A DNA stretch of 64,000 bases from Eledone cirrhosa. Lineage: Eukaryota. Location of the stretch: assembly GCA_964016885.1 (NCBI GenBank), contig OZ024746.1, positions 558,001-622,000 on the forward strand, given 5' to 3'. Below the pieces are notes generated by a model, which saw only the letters and a program-made list of their open reading frames with translations, did not search any database and was not told where the DNA came from. Positions 14,701 to 26,972 of the stretch are shown here, piece by piece. Numbering within the stretch: the first letter of the stretch is position 1; every line of letters begins with the position of its first letter. Position numbers and translations under genes: made by a program.

Positions 14701-17700
14701 GTACACTCTGTACAGTGGTGACGCAGTGATTGGTATTAAGAAGAACATCACAGATGTAGAAATCTTGCCAAAGAATGGAAGAAACGAGCAATCTGTGGTC
14801 CTTATCCAACTTATTTAGTCCTGAACCATGTCAAGCTATCAAATCTCTACCATCATGGAAGAGCCACTGAATGTAACATTTATTATAAAGTGGTAGTGCT
14901 AGTACTGTTACAACCTACCTAACCAATATCAACATGGAAGACAGATGTCAAATGATAAAATATTTGTTTTTTTCCAGATTGACAAAATATTACAAGCTAT
15001 TCCTCAAGACCGAAGAACTTACCTTTATTCTGCAACAATGACCAAAAAGGTTAAAAGAAATTATATTAATTTTCATTTATTTCTTCTTCACCCACTTATT
15101 CCTGAGAGAATTGTAGGGTCAAAGTCCTGAAACACTCCTTCCAGCAAGTCCTGTCAGTAGCAATCATCTCCAATTGATCCAGCTGGATCCCCAAGTGTGA
15201 CCAGCCAAGCTCATAGATGTTATCCAACCATCTTCCTCAGGGTCTACCCCTGAGTCTCTTACTGGTTGGTTTTTGCCCGAAAAATCTGTCCAGTGATTCT
15301 TTCCTGAGACATTCCAACCACATGTCCATAGTATCAGAGCTGTGATCTCTCAATTCAGAGAAGTAGCAACTCTACCTGGAGTGACTCTCTGATCTCCGAG
15401 CTATCCACTTTATCTAGTTACGTTACTCCAAAGACTTTTCATAGGCACCCCATTCTAATCACATGTCCGTAACATTGGAGTTATGATCTTTCAATTCGGA
15501 GAAGAAGCAGCTCTACCTGGATTTATTTATTATAATGTATGTAGTCTTATATAAATTCAGCAAAGAATTTGGTGTGCCTACATTCATTACTAAAAATGTA
15601 CTCCAACATCATCATCATCAACATCATCATTCTATGATGATGATGTTGATAATGAATGTAGGATTTGGAGGAGCTGTTTAGTCCTATTGTGAACTCTCTA
15701 GAGTTGTGGCCGTAATATCATACACCAAGTACACTCTGTAAAGGGGAGGATAGTAATAGTGCTAGAAAGAGAACCCCCTTGCCAAAGTTGAGATATACAA
15801 GTGAGATGTAGTTTTCTAACCCATCCAGGAAGGCTGTATGTAGCTCTGAATAAAAATTGACTTGGGCCATAGTAACCAGTTTGACCCAAGCCATGGAAAT
15901 CATCACCATCATCATCACTGTTTAATGTCTATACTTGCTGACCATATAAGGTTAAGTGACCACATCTTGCTGATGCACTCTGTCATTTACTTGGTTTTCT
16001 CTGGCTGGATGCTCTTCCTAACATGGTGGACTGGAGGCTTTTTGTTGTGTCACCAGCATGATCATCTTATGGGGTGTAGTAGGTGTTTTTGTTGTTGTTG
16101 TGGCACCTGTAGTAGGTGTATCGGGATGGTGATGGTTGTACTGAGAAGGAGGCTGGACATTATAAACACAAATTTGTAATAGAAAAAGAGCAACAAACAT
16201 ATTTTGCTGACATGAATAACAAGCATTAAATGATGATGATGATAATGATGACCTTGAATTATTTTTACATTGATTATTTCTGATTTCAGGTTGCTAAACT
16301 TCAGAGGGCATCTTTGAAAAATCCAGTGAGATTAGAAGTTTCCACCAAATATACAACAGTAGACAAACTACAACAGTTTTATTTATTCATTCCAGCTAGA
16401 TTCAAGGTTTCTAACAATTTCATCTATCTTGGCAATTTTACTTCTCCTTTCAAACACACACATATATATATTCATTTTATTAAGGCTGAATAGTGAGTCT
16501 TGCCTGTGATAAACATTTTTAAAAATTTGAAAATTTTGTTGCATTTTTTTTATTGATATGTTATTATTAATTTGAAAATATTTTCCAGGATGTTTACCTC
16601 ACATTTGTATTGAATGAACAATCTGGAAAGTCTTGTATTATCTTCTGTAATACTTGTGCCAGTACTCAACGTATTGCTCTGATGTTGCGTAACCTTGGCA
16701 TAAACGCTATCCCTTTACATGGTCAGCTCTCACAGGTGAGTTAATTATGACAATTGCTGTATTTACTCATGTATTAGTCACACTTTTTTCAATGGAAATA
16801 TAAAAAATAAGCATGCATTTTCCAGTACACACTGTAAAGTGGTTGGTGTTAGGAAGGTCACCCAACCATAGAAAGCTTGGCAAACAAGGGGTTAAGAGGA
16901 GCCTTCAGTTTATTGTGCAATCAATAGAACCTACTGTAAACCAAATGCAGACCCCTCAGGTCAGTAATCCCTTTTCAATACTGACTTGGTCTATATCTAT
17001 TCATCCCTTCCTCCATAACTACCAAGTAAAAAAGCTCAGTACTGCAAATAACTCTCTAATTATAAAATATTGACTTTTAATTTAATTTTTCAATCATTTT
17101 TACATGTATTTTACTTGTTTTTTCTTTATATTTTGTTTTTCTTACCAAAAGGAAAAAAGACTTGGATCACTAAACAAATTCCGCAGTAAATTAAATTCTG
17201 TTCTACTTGCCACTGATGTTGCTAGTAGGTAAGTTCTTATTACAGTTTTTATAATAACTTCACTATTGTATCCCAGCATGTCCTAAACAAGTGGTTAAAA
17301 GGGTTGGCATCAGGCATCCGACTGTAAAACATTGTTGCTAAACATCCTGTCCAACCCAGCATGGAGGTAAAAACAATTATGATGTGTGTTTGTAACTATA
17401 TATCATCATTGTCGTTTTAACATCTGCTTTCCCTGCTAGCAAGTGTTGGACAGGTCTACATAGACCAAGTCAGTACTGAAGCAGCGCCACTGATCTCCCA
17501 GGCAGGCCTGTCTCATTCTTATGTATGGTCTCATGTTCCATCAAGTGCTCAGTTCAGGGTTTATTGCCCAAATGTCTGGATGGTCAGTCCAAATTAGAAA
17601 TGTGATAATAATAGAAGTCAGTGTGTAATATTCCATTCTTTTCCTACAATTTTCAGGGGTCTTGACATTCCTCATGTCGATATAGTCATTAATTTTGACA

Positions 17701-19655
17701 TCCCAATGCGTTCTAAAGATTATATTCACCGTGTTGGACGAACTGCTCGAGCTGGACGGTCAGGCAAATCTATAACTTTTGTTACACAGTGAGTATTTTT
17801 AATATTGTTTAATTTACTAATAATAATTGTTTCTACTTTTGGCACAAGGCCAGCAATTTTCCAGTACATTACTGGTACTTTATTTTATCGACCCCGTAAG
17901 GATGAAAGGCAAAGTTAACCTAATTTACTAATAATAATGGTTTCTCATTTAGGCTCACGGCTAAATAATTTTTGGGGAGTCAGTTAAATCAACCCCAGTG
18001 CATTACTGGTACTTTATTTTATCAACCCCATAATGCAAAGCCTCAAAGGGATTTGAATTCAGAATGTAAAGGATCGTAACTATATACCACAAAGCATGTC
18101 CGATGCTCTACTGATTCTGCCAATCCACTGCCCTTGATTCATTAATCCAGTTTTGGTCTTTAGGGTGCTACAGTTGTCCTGGACTCTGAGGTAGGCAACC
18201 AATTAATAATAATGATAAAAAGGAACAGAAAGGGGCCAATCATCAAGATACTATAAACATTTGAATTAACAAACCATAAATCACATGAAACCATATTGAA
18301 AAGTACAGCACGATGACTGCATCGCATTGAAAATTAAAGTCTTCTTTGCTCACCTGAGAGGATCATGGAGTCAGAGTCCTCGTCCCAACAGGTCCTGTCA
18401 GAAGCAACTGTCTCCAACTGATTTGACTGGATCCCCACGTGAGAACAGCCAAGCTCATAGTGTTGGAGCTGTGATCTTTCAATTCAGAGAAATAGTGGCT
18501 CTACCTGGAGTGACTCTCCAAGCCACACACTCTATCGAGTAACGTTACTCCAAACACCCTTCAGAGAAACCCCATTTCAGTTATTTCCCAAGATTCATGA
18601 CCATAAGTAAAGGTTAGCTCGAATACCAAAATTGAAGATAGCGAGTTTAATTTTTACCCCTACCTCCCTTCTGATTACTGAATGCTGAAACTGGTACATT
18701 ACTGCACCAGTTCCTGCAATTCTTGTACTTAATTCAGCCTCCTGCCTTCCATCACTCAGGATGATAACAATGACAAAACATTGTAATTATTGTTTTATCA
18801 TTTCAGATATGACGTAGAGTTGTACCAGAGGATTGAACATTTAATTTCCAAGAAACTTCCCTTATATCAAGTTGTTGAAGAAGAAGTTATGTTATTGACT
18901 GAACGTGTGTCAGAAGCACAACGCTTAGCAAAGCTAGTAAGTATTTCAGTCATTGGATTAAGGCCATGCTAGGACACTACCTTGAAGGGTCAAACTTCTA
19001 AATTACTGTGTATTTTACAATTATAAAGTAAGTCCACTTAGTAAAGTGGTTGGTGTTAAGGAGGGCATCTAGCTGTAGAAACAAAACATGGAACATACAC
19101 GCAACACAGGTTTATCCAACCTGTCTTGTCTTAGACTATCATGAACCATCACACGGGTCTATAGAATATCATTTGTAATTCCTAAGCTGACTGCTTCCTT
19201 GTGAATGAATTTGATATAAATTATATAAAAACTATTGTCTAAGATGTAGTCGTCCAGACAGAAACTAAGTGCTGGACTTGTGTGTAGTGATCTCTCCAGC
19301 GAGGAAGACGATTATATATCACCATCATTGTCATTTTAACGTCCGCTTTCCCTGCACAACTTTTTGAGGGCATGGTTTCTACAGCAGGATGCCCTATCTA
19401 TCACACACCATCTTACAGGATCTACTGGTTGCATTTTTTCATGGCACCAGCACTAGGTAGGTGATCATGTTGTGACTAAAGGGTCCTCTCAACCCTTTTT
19501 TTAAAATTATTATTATGTAAACTTAAAACATTTTGTTTTTGTTATTGCAGGAATTATCAGAAAGTTTCAACAAGAAACGAAAACATAAAGATGATGCTGA
19601 AGCTGAGGTATATTCTGGACCAAAGAAGAAGTTTAAAAAGAAGAAAAAACATTAA
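5746..19655 (+). CDS. DDX47: ATP-dependent DEAD-box RNA helicase DDX47 (RRP3 ortholog), 13 coding exons, 448 aa
   Basis: Exons 5746-5838, 6699-6792, 7837-8025, 10537-10608, 13248-13318, 14286-14333, 14978-15049, 16290-16406, 16589-16735, 17152-17228, 17657-17788, 18807-18936, 19551-19655; all GT-AG, total 1347 nt, in frame. Motifs: Q motif [27 protein letters not shown] ([13 protein letters not shown]), [18 protein letters not shown], the RRP3-like tail [14 protein letters not shown] and a Lys-rich C-terminus. Confidence 0.95.
8422..8608 (+). mobile_element. tRNA-derived SINE (other copies ~3975-4100 -, 14525-14650 -, 17820-17920 -, 17935-18130 -, 21860-21990 -, 29750-29895 +, 34473-34636 -, 47598-47790 +, 50925-51050 -, 60835-61020 +)
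   Basis: Pol III box A-like TGGCAGTATC(C/G)G, box B GAGTTCAAATCC, shared core GCCTTTCATCCTTACGGGGTCGATAAAATAAAGTACCAGT and an (ATT)n tail. Confidence 0.85.
10755..13073. repeat. 26-bp AT-rich satellite, ~2.3 kb (~89 copies), in DDX47 intron 4
   Basis: Unit ataataaggctacattaagttgtaat with ggcc/ggtc/gtgat variants. Confidence 0.95.
13368..13650. repeat. ~22-bp C-rich minisatellite in DDX47 intron 5
   Basis: Unit ctaaccccagtcttcccccact; G-rich on the minus strand. Confidence 0.9.
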
Positions 19656-19695
19656 CTGTATCATACAAAATATTTTGTGTATTTTATGTCAAAAA

Positions 19696-19701
19696 AATAA
19701 A
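19696..19701 (+). promoter_or_regulatory. Probable polyadenylation signal of DDX47
   Basis: AATAAA about 40 nt after the stop codon. Confidence 0.55.
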
Positions 19702-20067
19702 GAGAACACCTTGCTTCATTACAATATTTGCTATTGTTTTATTCAATAATATTACTGATTTCTAATGTAGTCACAACACCATCAATATGGCCATAGTCTT
19801 CTTTCTCTTTGATCCTTAGCTGGTGATTGAGGGAGACTTTCCTCTCAACCAATACACTGCTGTGTATTGGTTGAGATGATGGACTCCGATGTTCTTCCAC
19901 ACTTTTCTATCCATGGCACTGACCTTAACATGGTCGAGGTGCTGCAATTTCAGGTCCTCCTTTGTTTCACCCATGTCTTGGTGTACTGGATTCTCCAGTA
20001 CATGGGTCACTATCATGACAAATGTTGGTGTGGTAGTCAGTGCTCATCCTGCAGACATGGCCAAACT

Positions 20068-21332
20068 CTGTAAAGTGGTAGTGCTGGTGTCATGATAAAA
20101 TACACCCAGTACACTCTGTAAAATGGTAGTGCTGGTGTCATGATAAAATACACCCAGTACACTGTAAAGTGGTAGTGCTGGTGTCATGATAAAATACACC
20201 CAGTACACTCTGTAAAGTGGTAGTGTTGGTGTCATGATAAAATACACCCAGTACACTGTAAAGTGGTAGTGTTGGTGTCATGATAAAATACACCCAGTAC
20301 ACTGTAAAGTGGTAGTGTTGGTGTCATGATAAAATACACCCAGTACACTGTAAAGTGGTAGTGTTGGTGTCATGATAAAATACACCCAGTACACTGTAAA
20401 GTGGTAGTGTTGGTGTCATGATAAAATACACCCAGTACACTGTAAAGTGGTAGTGTTGGTGTCATGATATAATACACCCAGTACACTGTAAAGTGGTAGT
20501 GTTGGTGTCATGATAAAATACACCCAGTACACTGTAAAGTGGTAGTGTTGGTGTCATGATAAAATACACCCAGTACACTGTAAAGTGGTAGTGCTGGTGT
20601 CATGATAAAATACACTCTGTAAAGTGGTAGTGTTGGTGTCATGATAAAATACACCCAGTACACTCTGTAAAGTGGTAGTGTTGGTGTCATGATAAAATAC
20701 ACCCAGTACACTCTGTAAAGTGGTAGTGTTGGTATCATGATAAAACACACCCAGTACACTCTGTAAAGTGGTAGTGCTGGTATCATGATAAAATACACCC
20801 AGTACACTCTGTAAAGTGGTAGTGTTGGTATCATGATAAAACACACCCAGTACACTCTGTAAAGTGGTAGTGCTGGTGTCATGATAAAATACACCCAGTA
20901 CACTGTAAAGTGGTAGTGTTGGTGTCATGATAAAATACACCCAGTACACTGTAAAGTGGTAGTGTTGGTGTCATGATAAAATACACCCAGTACACTGTAA
21001 AGTGGTAGTGCTGGTGTCATGATAAAATACACTCTGTAAAGTGGTAGTGTTGGTGTCATGATAAAATACACCCAGTACACTCTGTAAAGTGGTAGTGTTG
21101 GTGTCATGATAAAATACACCCAGTACACTCTGTAAAGTGGTAGTGTTGGTATCATGATAAAACACACCCAGTACACTCTGTAAAGTGGTAGTGCTGGTAT
21201 CATGATAAAATACACCCAGTACACTCTGTAAAGTGGTAGTGCTGGTATCATGATAAAATACACCCAGTACACTCTGTAAAGTGGTAGTGCTGGTATCATG
21301 ATAAAATACACCCAGTACACTCTGTAAAGTGG
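20068..21332. repeat. 46/48-bp minisatellite (~27 units) with a 417-bp higher-order duplication
   Basis: Unit ctgtaaagtggtagtgttggtgtcatgataaaatacacccagtaca(ct); reverse-complement relative of the 2843-3392 unit. ORFs 20508 and 20925 are near-identical at a 417-nt offset. Confidence 0.92.
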
Positions 21333-22007
21333 TTGGTATTAAGAACACAGATGTAGAAATCTTGCCAAAGAATTGAAGAAATGAGCAAGCTGTGGTCACT
21401 ATCCAACTTATTTGGTTCTGAACCATGTCAAGCTATCGAATCTCTACCATCATGGAAAAAGCCACTGAATCTAGCATTTATTGACCAAGAGGTCTTCCTT
21501 TAACAGAGCAGCACTCTATCATATGGTGGTTAGTTAGGAAACTAGATGTCTTGTGTGAGTTATACAAGTCAGAGAGATAGAAAAATGAGTGTTAGCAATG
21601 TGGGTTGTTGTCTATTAGGGCTCCGCTCTAAGTCCCCTCCTGTTATAGTTCTCTAGACCATAACACAAGTTAAAGACTGTCAATTAGAGAAGAGATTCCA
21701 AACATGGAAACAAAGTGTAAATTGAGAGATCCCATTGGCATGAATACTGAATTGAAGATAGTGAGTTTGGCTTTTACGCCTATCTCCCTTCTGATTAATT
21801 AGTTGATTCATAATTTATTACAAAGTTAGCAAAAGGGAAAGTTGATTATAACGACCTCAGTATTTGACTGGTACTTTATTTTATCAACACCAGAAAGTTG
21901 AAAGGCAAAGCTGACCTCGTCGGGATTTGAACTCAGAACGTAAAGAACAGAAAGAAATGCAACAAAGTATGTTGTCCAATGTCATCAGTATTCCTGTCAA
22001 CACTAGA

Positions 22008-22905
22008 GATGGGAGACTGAGTGAGAGAGAGGGTGGGAGACTGAGTGAGAGAGGGGTGGGAGACTGAGTGAGAGAGGGGTGGGAGACGGTGAGAGAGGGG
22101 TTGGAGACTGGGTGAGAGAGGGGCTCGGAGACTGGGTGAGATAGGAGGTGGGAGACTGAGTGAGAGAGAGGGTGGGAGACTGAGTGAGAGAGGAGGTGGG
22201 AGACTGGGCGAGAGAGGGGTCGGAGACTGGGTGAGAGAGGGGATCGGAGACTGGGTGAGATAGGAGGTGGGAGACTGAGTGAGAGGGGGGTGGGAGACTG
22301 GGTGAGAGGGGGTGGGAGACTGAGTGAGAGAGGAGGTGGGAGACTGAGTGAGAGAGGGGGTGGGAGACTGAGTGAGAAAGGAGGTGGGAGACTGGGTGAG
22401 AGAGGAGGTGGGAGACTGAGTGAGATAGGAGGTGGGAGACTGAGTGAGAGAGGGGGTGGGAGACTGAGTGAGAGGGGGTGGGAGATGAGTGAGAGATGGG
22501 GTGGGAGACTGAGTAAGAGAGGGACTGGGTGAGAGAGGGGTGGGAGACTGAGTGAGAGAGGAGGTGGGAGACTGAGTGAGAGAGGAGGTGGGAGATTGGG
22601 TGAGAGAGGGGTCGGAGACTGGGTAAGATGTTGGGTGAGATAGGAGGTGGAAGACTGAGTGAGAGGGGGTGGGAGACTGAGTGAGAGATTGGGTGAGATA
22701 GGTGGGAGACTGAGTGAGAGAGGGGGGTGGGAGACTGAGTGAGAGAGGAGGTGGGAGACTGAGTGAGAGAGGGGGTGGGAGACTGAGTAGGAGATTGAGT
22801 GAGAGAGAGGGTGGGAGACTGAGTAGGAGATTGAGTGAGAGAGAGGGTGGGTGACTGAGTGAGAGAGGGGGTGGGAGACTGAGTGAGAGAGGAGGTGGGA
22901 GAAGA
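22008..22905. repeat. Purine/G-rich ~22-24 bp degenerate minisatellite
   Basis: Unit about gggagactgagtgagagaggaggt; almost no C or T outside the unit core. Confidence 0.9.
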
Positions 22906-22984
22906 GATAGAAATGGGAGTGTGTTCGAAAGAGGAGGAGGAGTGAGACAGGGAGAGAGAGAACTGTAGAAGAGGTTTGGAACAA

Positions 22985-23125
22985 ACTAACTTCCGGTTTT
23001 AGTCAAGGGAAATAACTTCTGTAATTGACTGATACACATGTGTATACATATATATATATATACATATATATATAGTATATACAATAGTGTATATATACAT
23101 ACACACACACCAATGACTGAGGTTG
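22985..23125 (+). promoter_or_regulatory. Candidate promoter/first non-coding exon of the zinc-finger gene
   Basis: ETS-type ACTTCCGG at 22989-22996 just after a G-rich repeat; possible donor GAG|GTTGGT near 23121; the ZNF exon has an unmatched acceptor at 27307. Inference only. Confidence 0.3.
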
Positions 23126-23865
23126 GTAATATTTCATTGAATTATAACTACATAATAGATTTATATTTCACTTTATCAAAATGATTTTATTTATTTTGAT
23201 ATGAAATATTTCTATATTTCTGTTATATTTACCAAAGAAATTCTGATTACAGGAATAATCTCTAAATTAATCCCAATTTCGTTTCTATTCACTGTAAATA
23301 TTTCATGTGTCACTCTATCGTATTTCTAATTATTTCGGTTTCTTTAATCGGTTATTAATGTTAATTGCTATTTAAGTACATCAATTTTTAACAACTTGGA
23401 ATACTCCTATAGACAATATTGTCTGCCAGAAAGATGTTTAATTAGCGTCCTTTTAATGTCTAATTAACCACATGTTTAATTAATATCCCACACCCACTTT
23501 GCTTTGTGTCGTCCAGTGAGCAGCAATAGCTCCATCTATCACACACATTTTCTCCTATCTCTAATTTATGTTTAATTAAGTTAAATTTATTACTAAAACA
23601 AACTGTAATATTACAGACAATTATTATAACGAACTGAAACGAAATCGACTTAGAATGTTAGGCTTAAAGATAATATTGAGATGACAGTAAAAATACTAAC
23701 TTAATTTGTTTAATGTTGTCCTCTTAAGTTATTAAATATATTTTAGTTTGAAAGACCACAACAGTGTCCACAGATGAAGGTTAATGCCATGTGTAGAATA
23801 GAATTAATAATCATATATTGATTCCATTCTAATATATTTCTGTCAATTATAGATAATATATATAT

Positions 23866-24003
23866 AACGAAGGAAGTGTGGTAAGGAACCAGATGGACCA
23901 TAACGCACCAGAGTACTCAATACTAAGGGTAGTAGAGTGGGTAATAGGAGAAAGTATGATCCCGACGGCAGAGCTCAAGCCGTTTCGACGGCTATTTCTG
24001 GAC
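23866..24003. mobile_element. Small (TA)n-embedded element family E with a hammerhead 3' half (other copies 35850-35968, 57508-57656, ~30150-30245)
   Basis: Shared ggtaaggaaccag(a/g)tggaccataacgcacca.agtactcaata plus an inverted GAAA-CGGC-ttgagctct-GCCG-TC segment. Confidence 0.6.
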
Positions 24004-24074
24004 TATATATATATATGTTATTCCGGGTTCAATCTGGGGTAACCACAGTAAGTGTAAATGTTTTAATATAGAAA

Positions 24075-24172
24075 AGCTTCTACAGGACTAGAACTGTTTC
24101 ATTCGTGAGAAATCATCGGGAAGCTCCTGATGATTTCTCACGAATGAAACAGTTCTAGTCCTGTAGAAGTTT
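24075..24172. ncRNA. Pair of inverted type I hammerhead ribozyme motifs (family A) in a ~125-bp palindrome (24061-24185)
   Basis: Minus 24125-24075: AGCTTC-CCGATGA-T TTC tcac GAA T-GAAA-CAG ttctagtc CTG-TA^GAAGCT (core has U4C). The plus copy has canonical CTGATGA at 24127-24133. Confidence 0.65.
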
Positions 24173-25075
24173 TTCTATATTGAAATATATATATATCATC
24201 ATCACTTGAATGTCCAGTTTTCCACGCTAGCATGGGTTAAACGAGTTGTCCTGTTGTGAGATAAGCCAGATCGGATGATACAGGACTTTCTGGCTTGGTT
24301 TTTATGGCTGGATGCCCTCCTCAACACCAACCACACTTACAGCATGTGCGTTTTGACATGACACCTAATATATACATCATCATACGTCCGCTTTTCCCTG
24401 CTTGCAAGATATATTAGGTGTCATGTCAAAAAGCACCATTATATATAATTATTCCAAATAAAAAGTTTGTTGATGAAGCAATCGACGGATTGTTGTGTAA
24501 TCAGACGTAAGCACTCTACGAATGCTTAAGGTATTACCTATAACGTATTAGTATTATAATATATATACCCACATCAAATTATTTTAGAATTATGATTTTA
24601 TATGAATGAAACAGTTCAAGTCCTGTAGAAACCATTTCTTTATTAAATAATGATATGTACACACAAAAAAATTAAATTATAAAATAATATTCTATCAGTT
24701 GTTATAAAATCCTGAAATGTTTAGAACGTTACATGAATAATATCTGATTTCTCTCCTCTATATCAATAGTGTGTTTAACTTCCACATCAGCCCTGGTTGA
24801 GCAGAACTATAACCTAACATGTTCTCCAACCATGACCATCATGTGTGTGTAGCAGAGGAAACAGGTATTGAATGATTAAAGCTGTGATACTATCCCAGTT
24901 ACTGAGTGAATAACTGGTATAGTATTGAGACTGACAGAGATGTCAACAGACAAATTAGTTAATAACACATTGTCTTTGCTAACTTCTCTAAGAACTCGAT
25001 TTAGCATCAATTTACCCCATTTTGCACCTCATTCGCAATATAATTTAGTTATAGAACTTCCACATAGTCATTTCA

Positions 25076-26972
25076 TATGCCATTCCCCGCATCATACAGG
25101 ATTATTAACCATCTTTCCAACAAAAATCCTGGCCACCTTTTTGAATTTCACATGTCTAACACCCGTGAACCATCATCATCATCATCATCATTTTACGTCC
25201 GCTTTTCCCTGCTTGCAAGGGTGGGACGGGTCTTATTCAGCACAGCATCTCTCCACTCGTCACGGTCCCTCGTCATCTCCACCGTGAGCTTCAATGATCT
25301 GAGGTCTGTTCTCACTACCTCCGCCCATGTTTTTCGTGGTCTACCTCTACTACGTCTTCCTTCAACTGGCATTTCCTGGCACTTCTTCACCCATCGGTCA
25401 TCCTCCATGCGCATCACATGTCCATACCACCTCAGTCTCCTCTCCCGTACACTACATTCTATCCCTCTCAGACACAGTTTCTCTCTCAACACATTTATGC
25501 TGGGTCGTTCACGCACATTTACACTGCACATCCAACGGAGCATGCTTGCCTCATTTCTCTCCAGCCGTCGCATATCCTCTGCGGTTACTGCCCATGTCTC
25601 ACTACCATGCAGCATCGCGCTCCTCACACAGGCATCATACAACCGGCCTTTCGTACGCAGGGAGAAACCCTTCTTCGTCAACAGAGGAAGCAGCTCCCTA
25701 AACTTCTTCCAACCCGTCCTTATTCTAGATACTATGGCCTCGGAACACCCTCCTCCCATGCTAATCTGATCTCCTAGGTACCGGAAGCTATCCACCACTT
25801 CTATAGCGCCCTCTCGCATTTGAAAAATGTGTCTATCAGTGCGACTTCTACTGTCTAATTTCCCTGTACATCTACTGCATACATATTTCTCCCTACCTGT
25901 TAGTTTGCCTGCTTTCCCGCTACATCTCTTGTGTACCCAGGACCTGCATTGTGTGCATTTTATAGAATTTATGCCAGTTCCTTTTCTGCATATCGAACAT
26001 GGCCATTTCCCTGACGGAATCAGGGTTTTGTCCTCTTTTCTACTCATCAACACTTTTGTCTTAGCTAGATTTACTCTCAGTCCTCTTGCTTCCAACTGCT
26101 GTTTCCATAGCCGGAATTTATTCTCTAGCTCCTCTACTGATTCTGCTATAAGAGCCAGATCGTCAGCATAGAGAAGTTCCCATGGACAGCCAGTCTTAAA
26201 CTCCTCTGTTATGGCTTGGAGGACTATAATGAACAAGAGCGGGCTGAGGACCGAACCCTGATGTACTCCTACTTGTATCTGGAATTCCTCACTAAACTCC
26301 ATTCCTACCCTGACTTTACTGAGAGTACCTCTGTACAAAGTTTGCACTGTCCTCACAAGCCATTCCTCAACACCTAGCTTCCTTAGGGACCACCAGATGA
26401 CAGATCGGGGTACCCTATCAAAGGCCTTCTCTAGGTCAACAAAGGCTAAGTATAGTGGCTTATTCTTCTCTAAGAACCTCTCTTGCATTTGTCTCACCAA
26501 GAAGAGGGCATCTGTTGTACTCTTCCCAGGCACAAAACCAAACTGCATCTCATCTAGTTTTACCCTTTCTCTAATTAGTTGTGCTAATATCCTTTCTGCC
26601 ACTTTCATAACCTGATCTATCAGTTTTATACCCCTATAATTGACATGTTTACAAAATCAAAAAACAGCACAACTCCCATAACTTTCGGAAACATTTTTCA
26701 TGCTCAGATTTGTTGAAGCATGGAACAAACTACCTGCATCAGCTATTACCTATCAGGATACTTCATCCTTCAAAACTTCCAAGCTTCCCAAAATTCTCCA
26801 ACACTACACCAGATATTCCGCCTCCTTTCACACACACGCATGTGTCTTCATGTATATCATGACTCATACACTATTCACTTTCCTGACATTTGTACATTAT
26901 TCTATGTACTATACATGCACCTTTGATGAGTTGTAGTGCTCCTGAGCACACTGTACACAATAATTTTCATTA
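25076..26972 (+). mobile_element. CR1-type LINE 3' remnant split by an RTE insertion (parts 25076-25170 and 26642-26972)
   Basis: Left part reads YRIINHLSNKNPGHLFEFHMSNTRE and right part HVYKIKKQHNSHNFRKHF..FVEAWNKLP; these are contiguous in the CR1 copy at 38570-39660. Confidence 0.75.
25170..26640 (-). mobile_element. RTE-clade LINE, 5'-truncated, uninterrupted 471-aa reverse transcriptase ORF (25193-26608) with embedded PHD-like finger; (GAT)n tail
   Basis: QFGF, FVDLEKAFDRV, GVHQGSVLSPLLF, LLYADD, FRYLG, LHGSETW and RGRPRKTW motifs; no internal stops, so a young insertion. Confidence 0.93.

Noticed and set aside
21884-22984. 366-aa Pro/Ser/Leu-rich ORF
   Set aside because: By-product of the G-rich minisatellite; non-ATG start and no domain.
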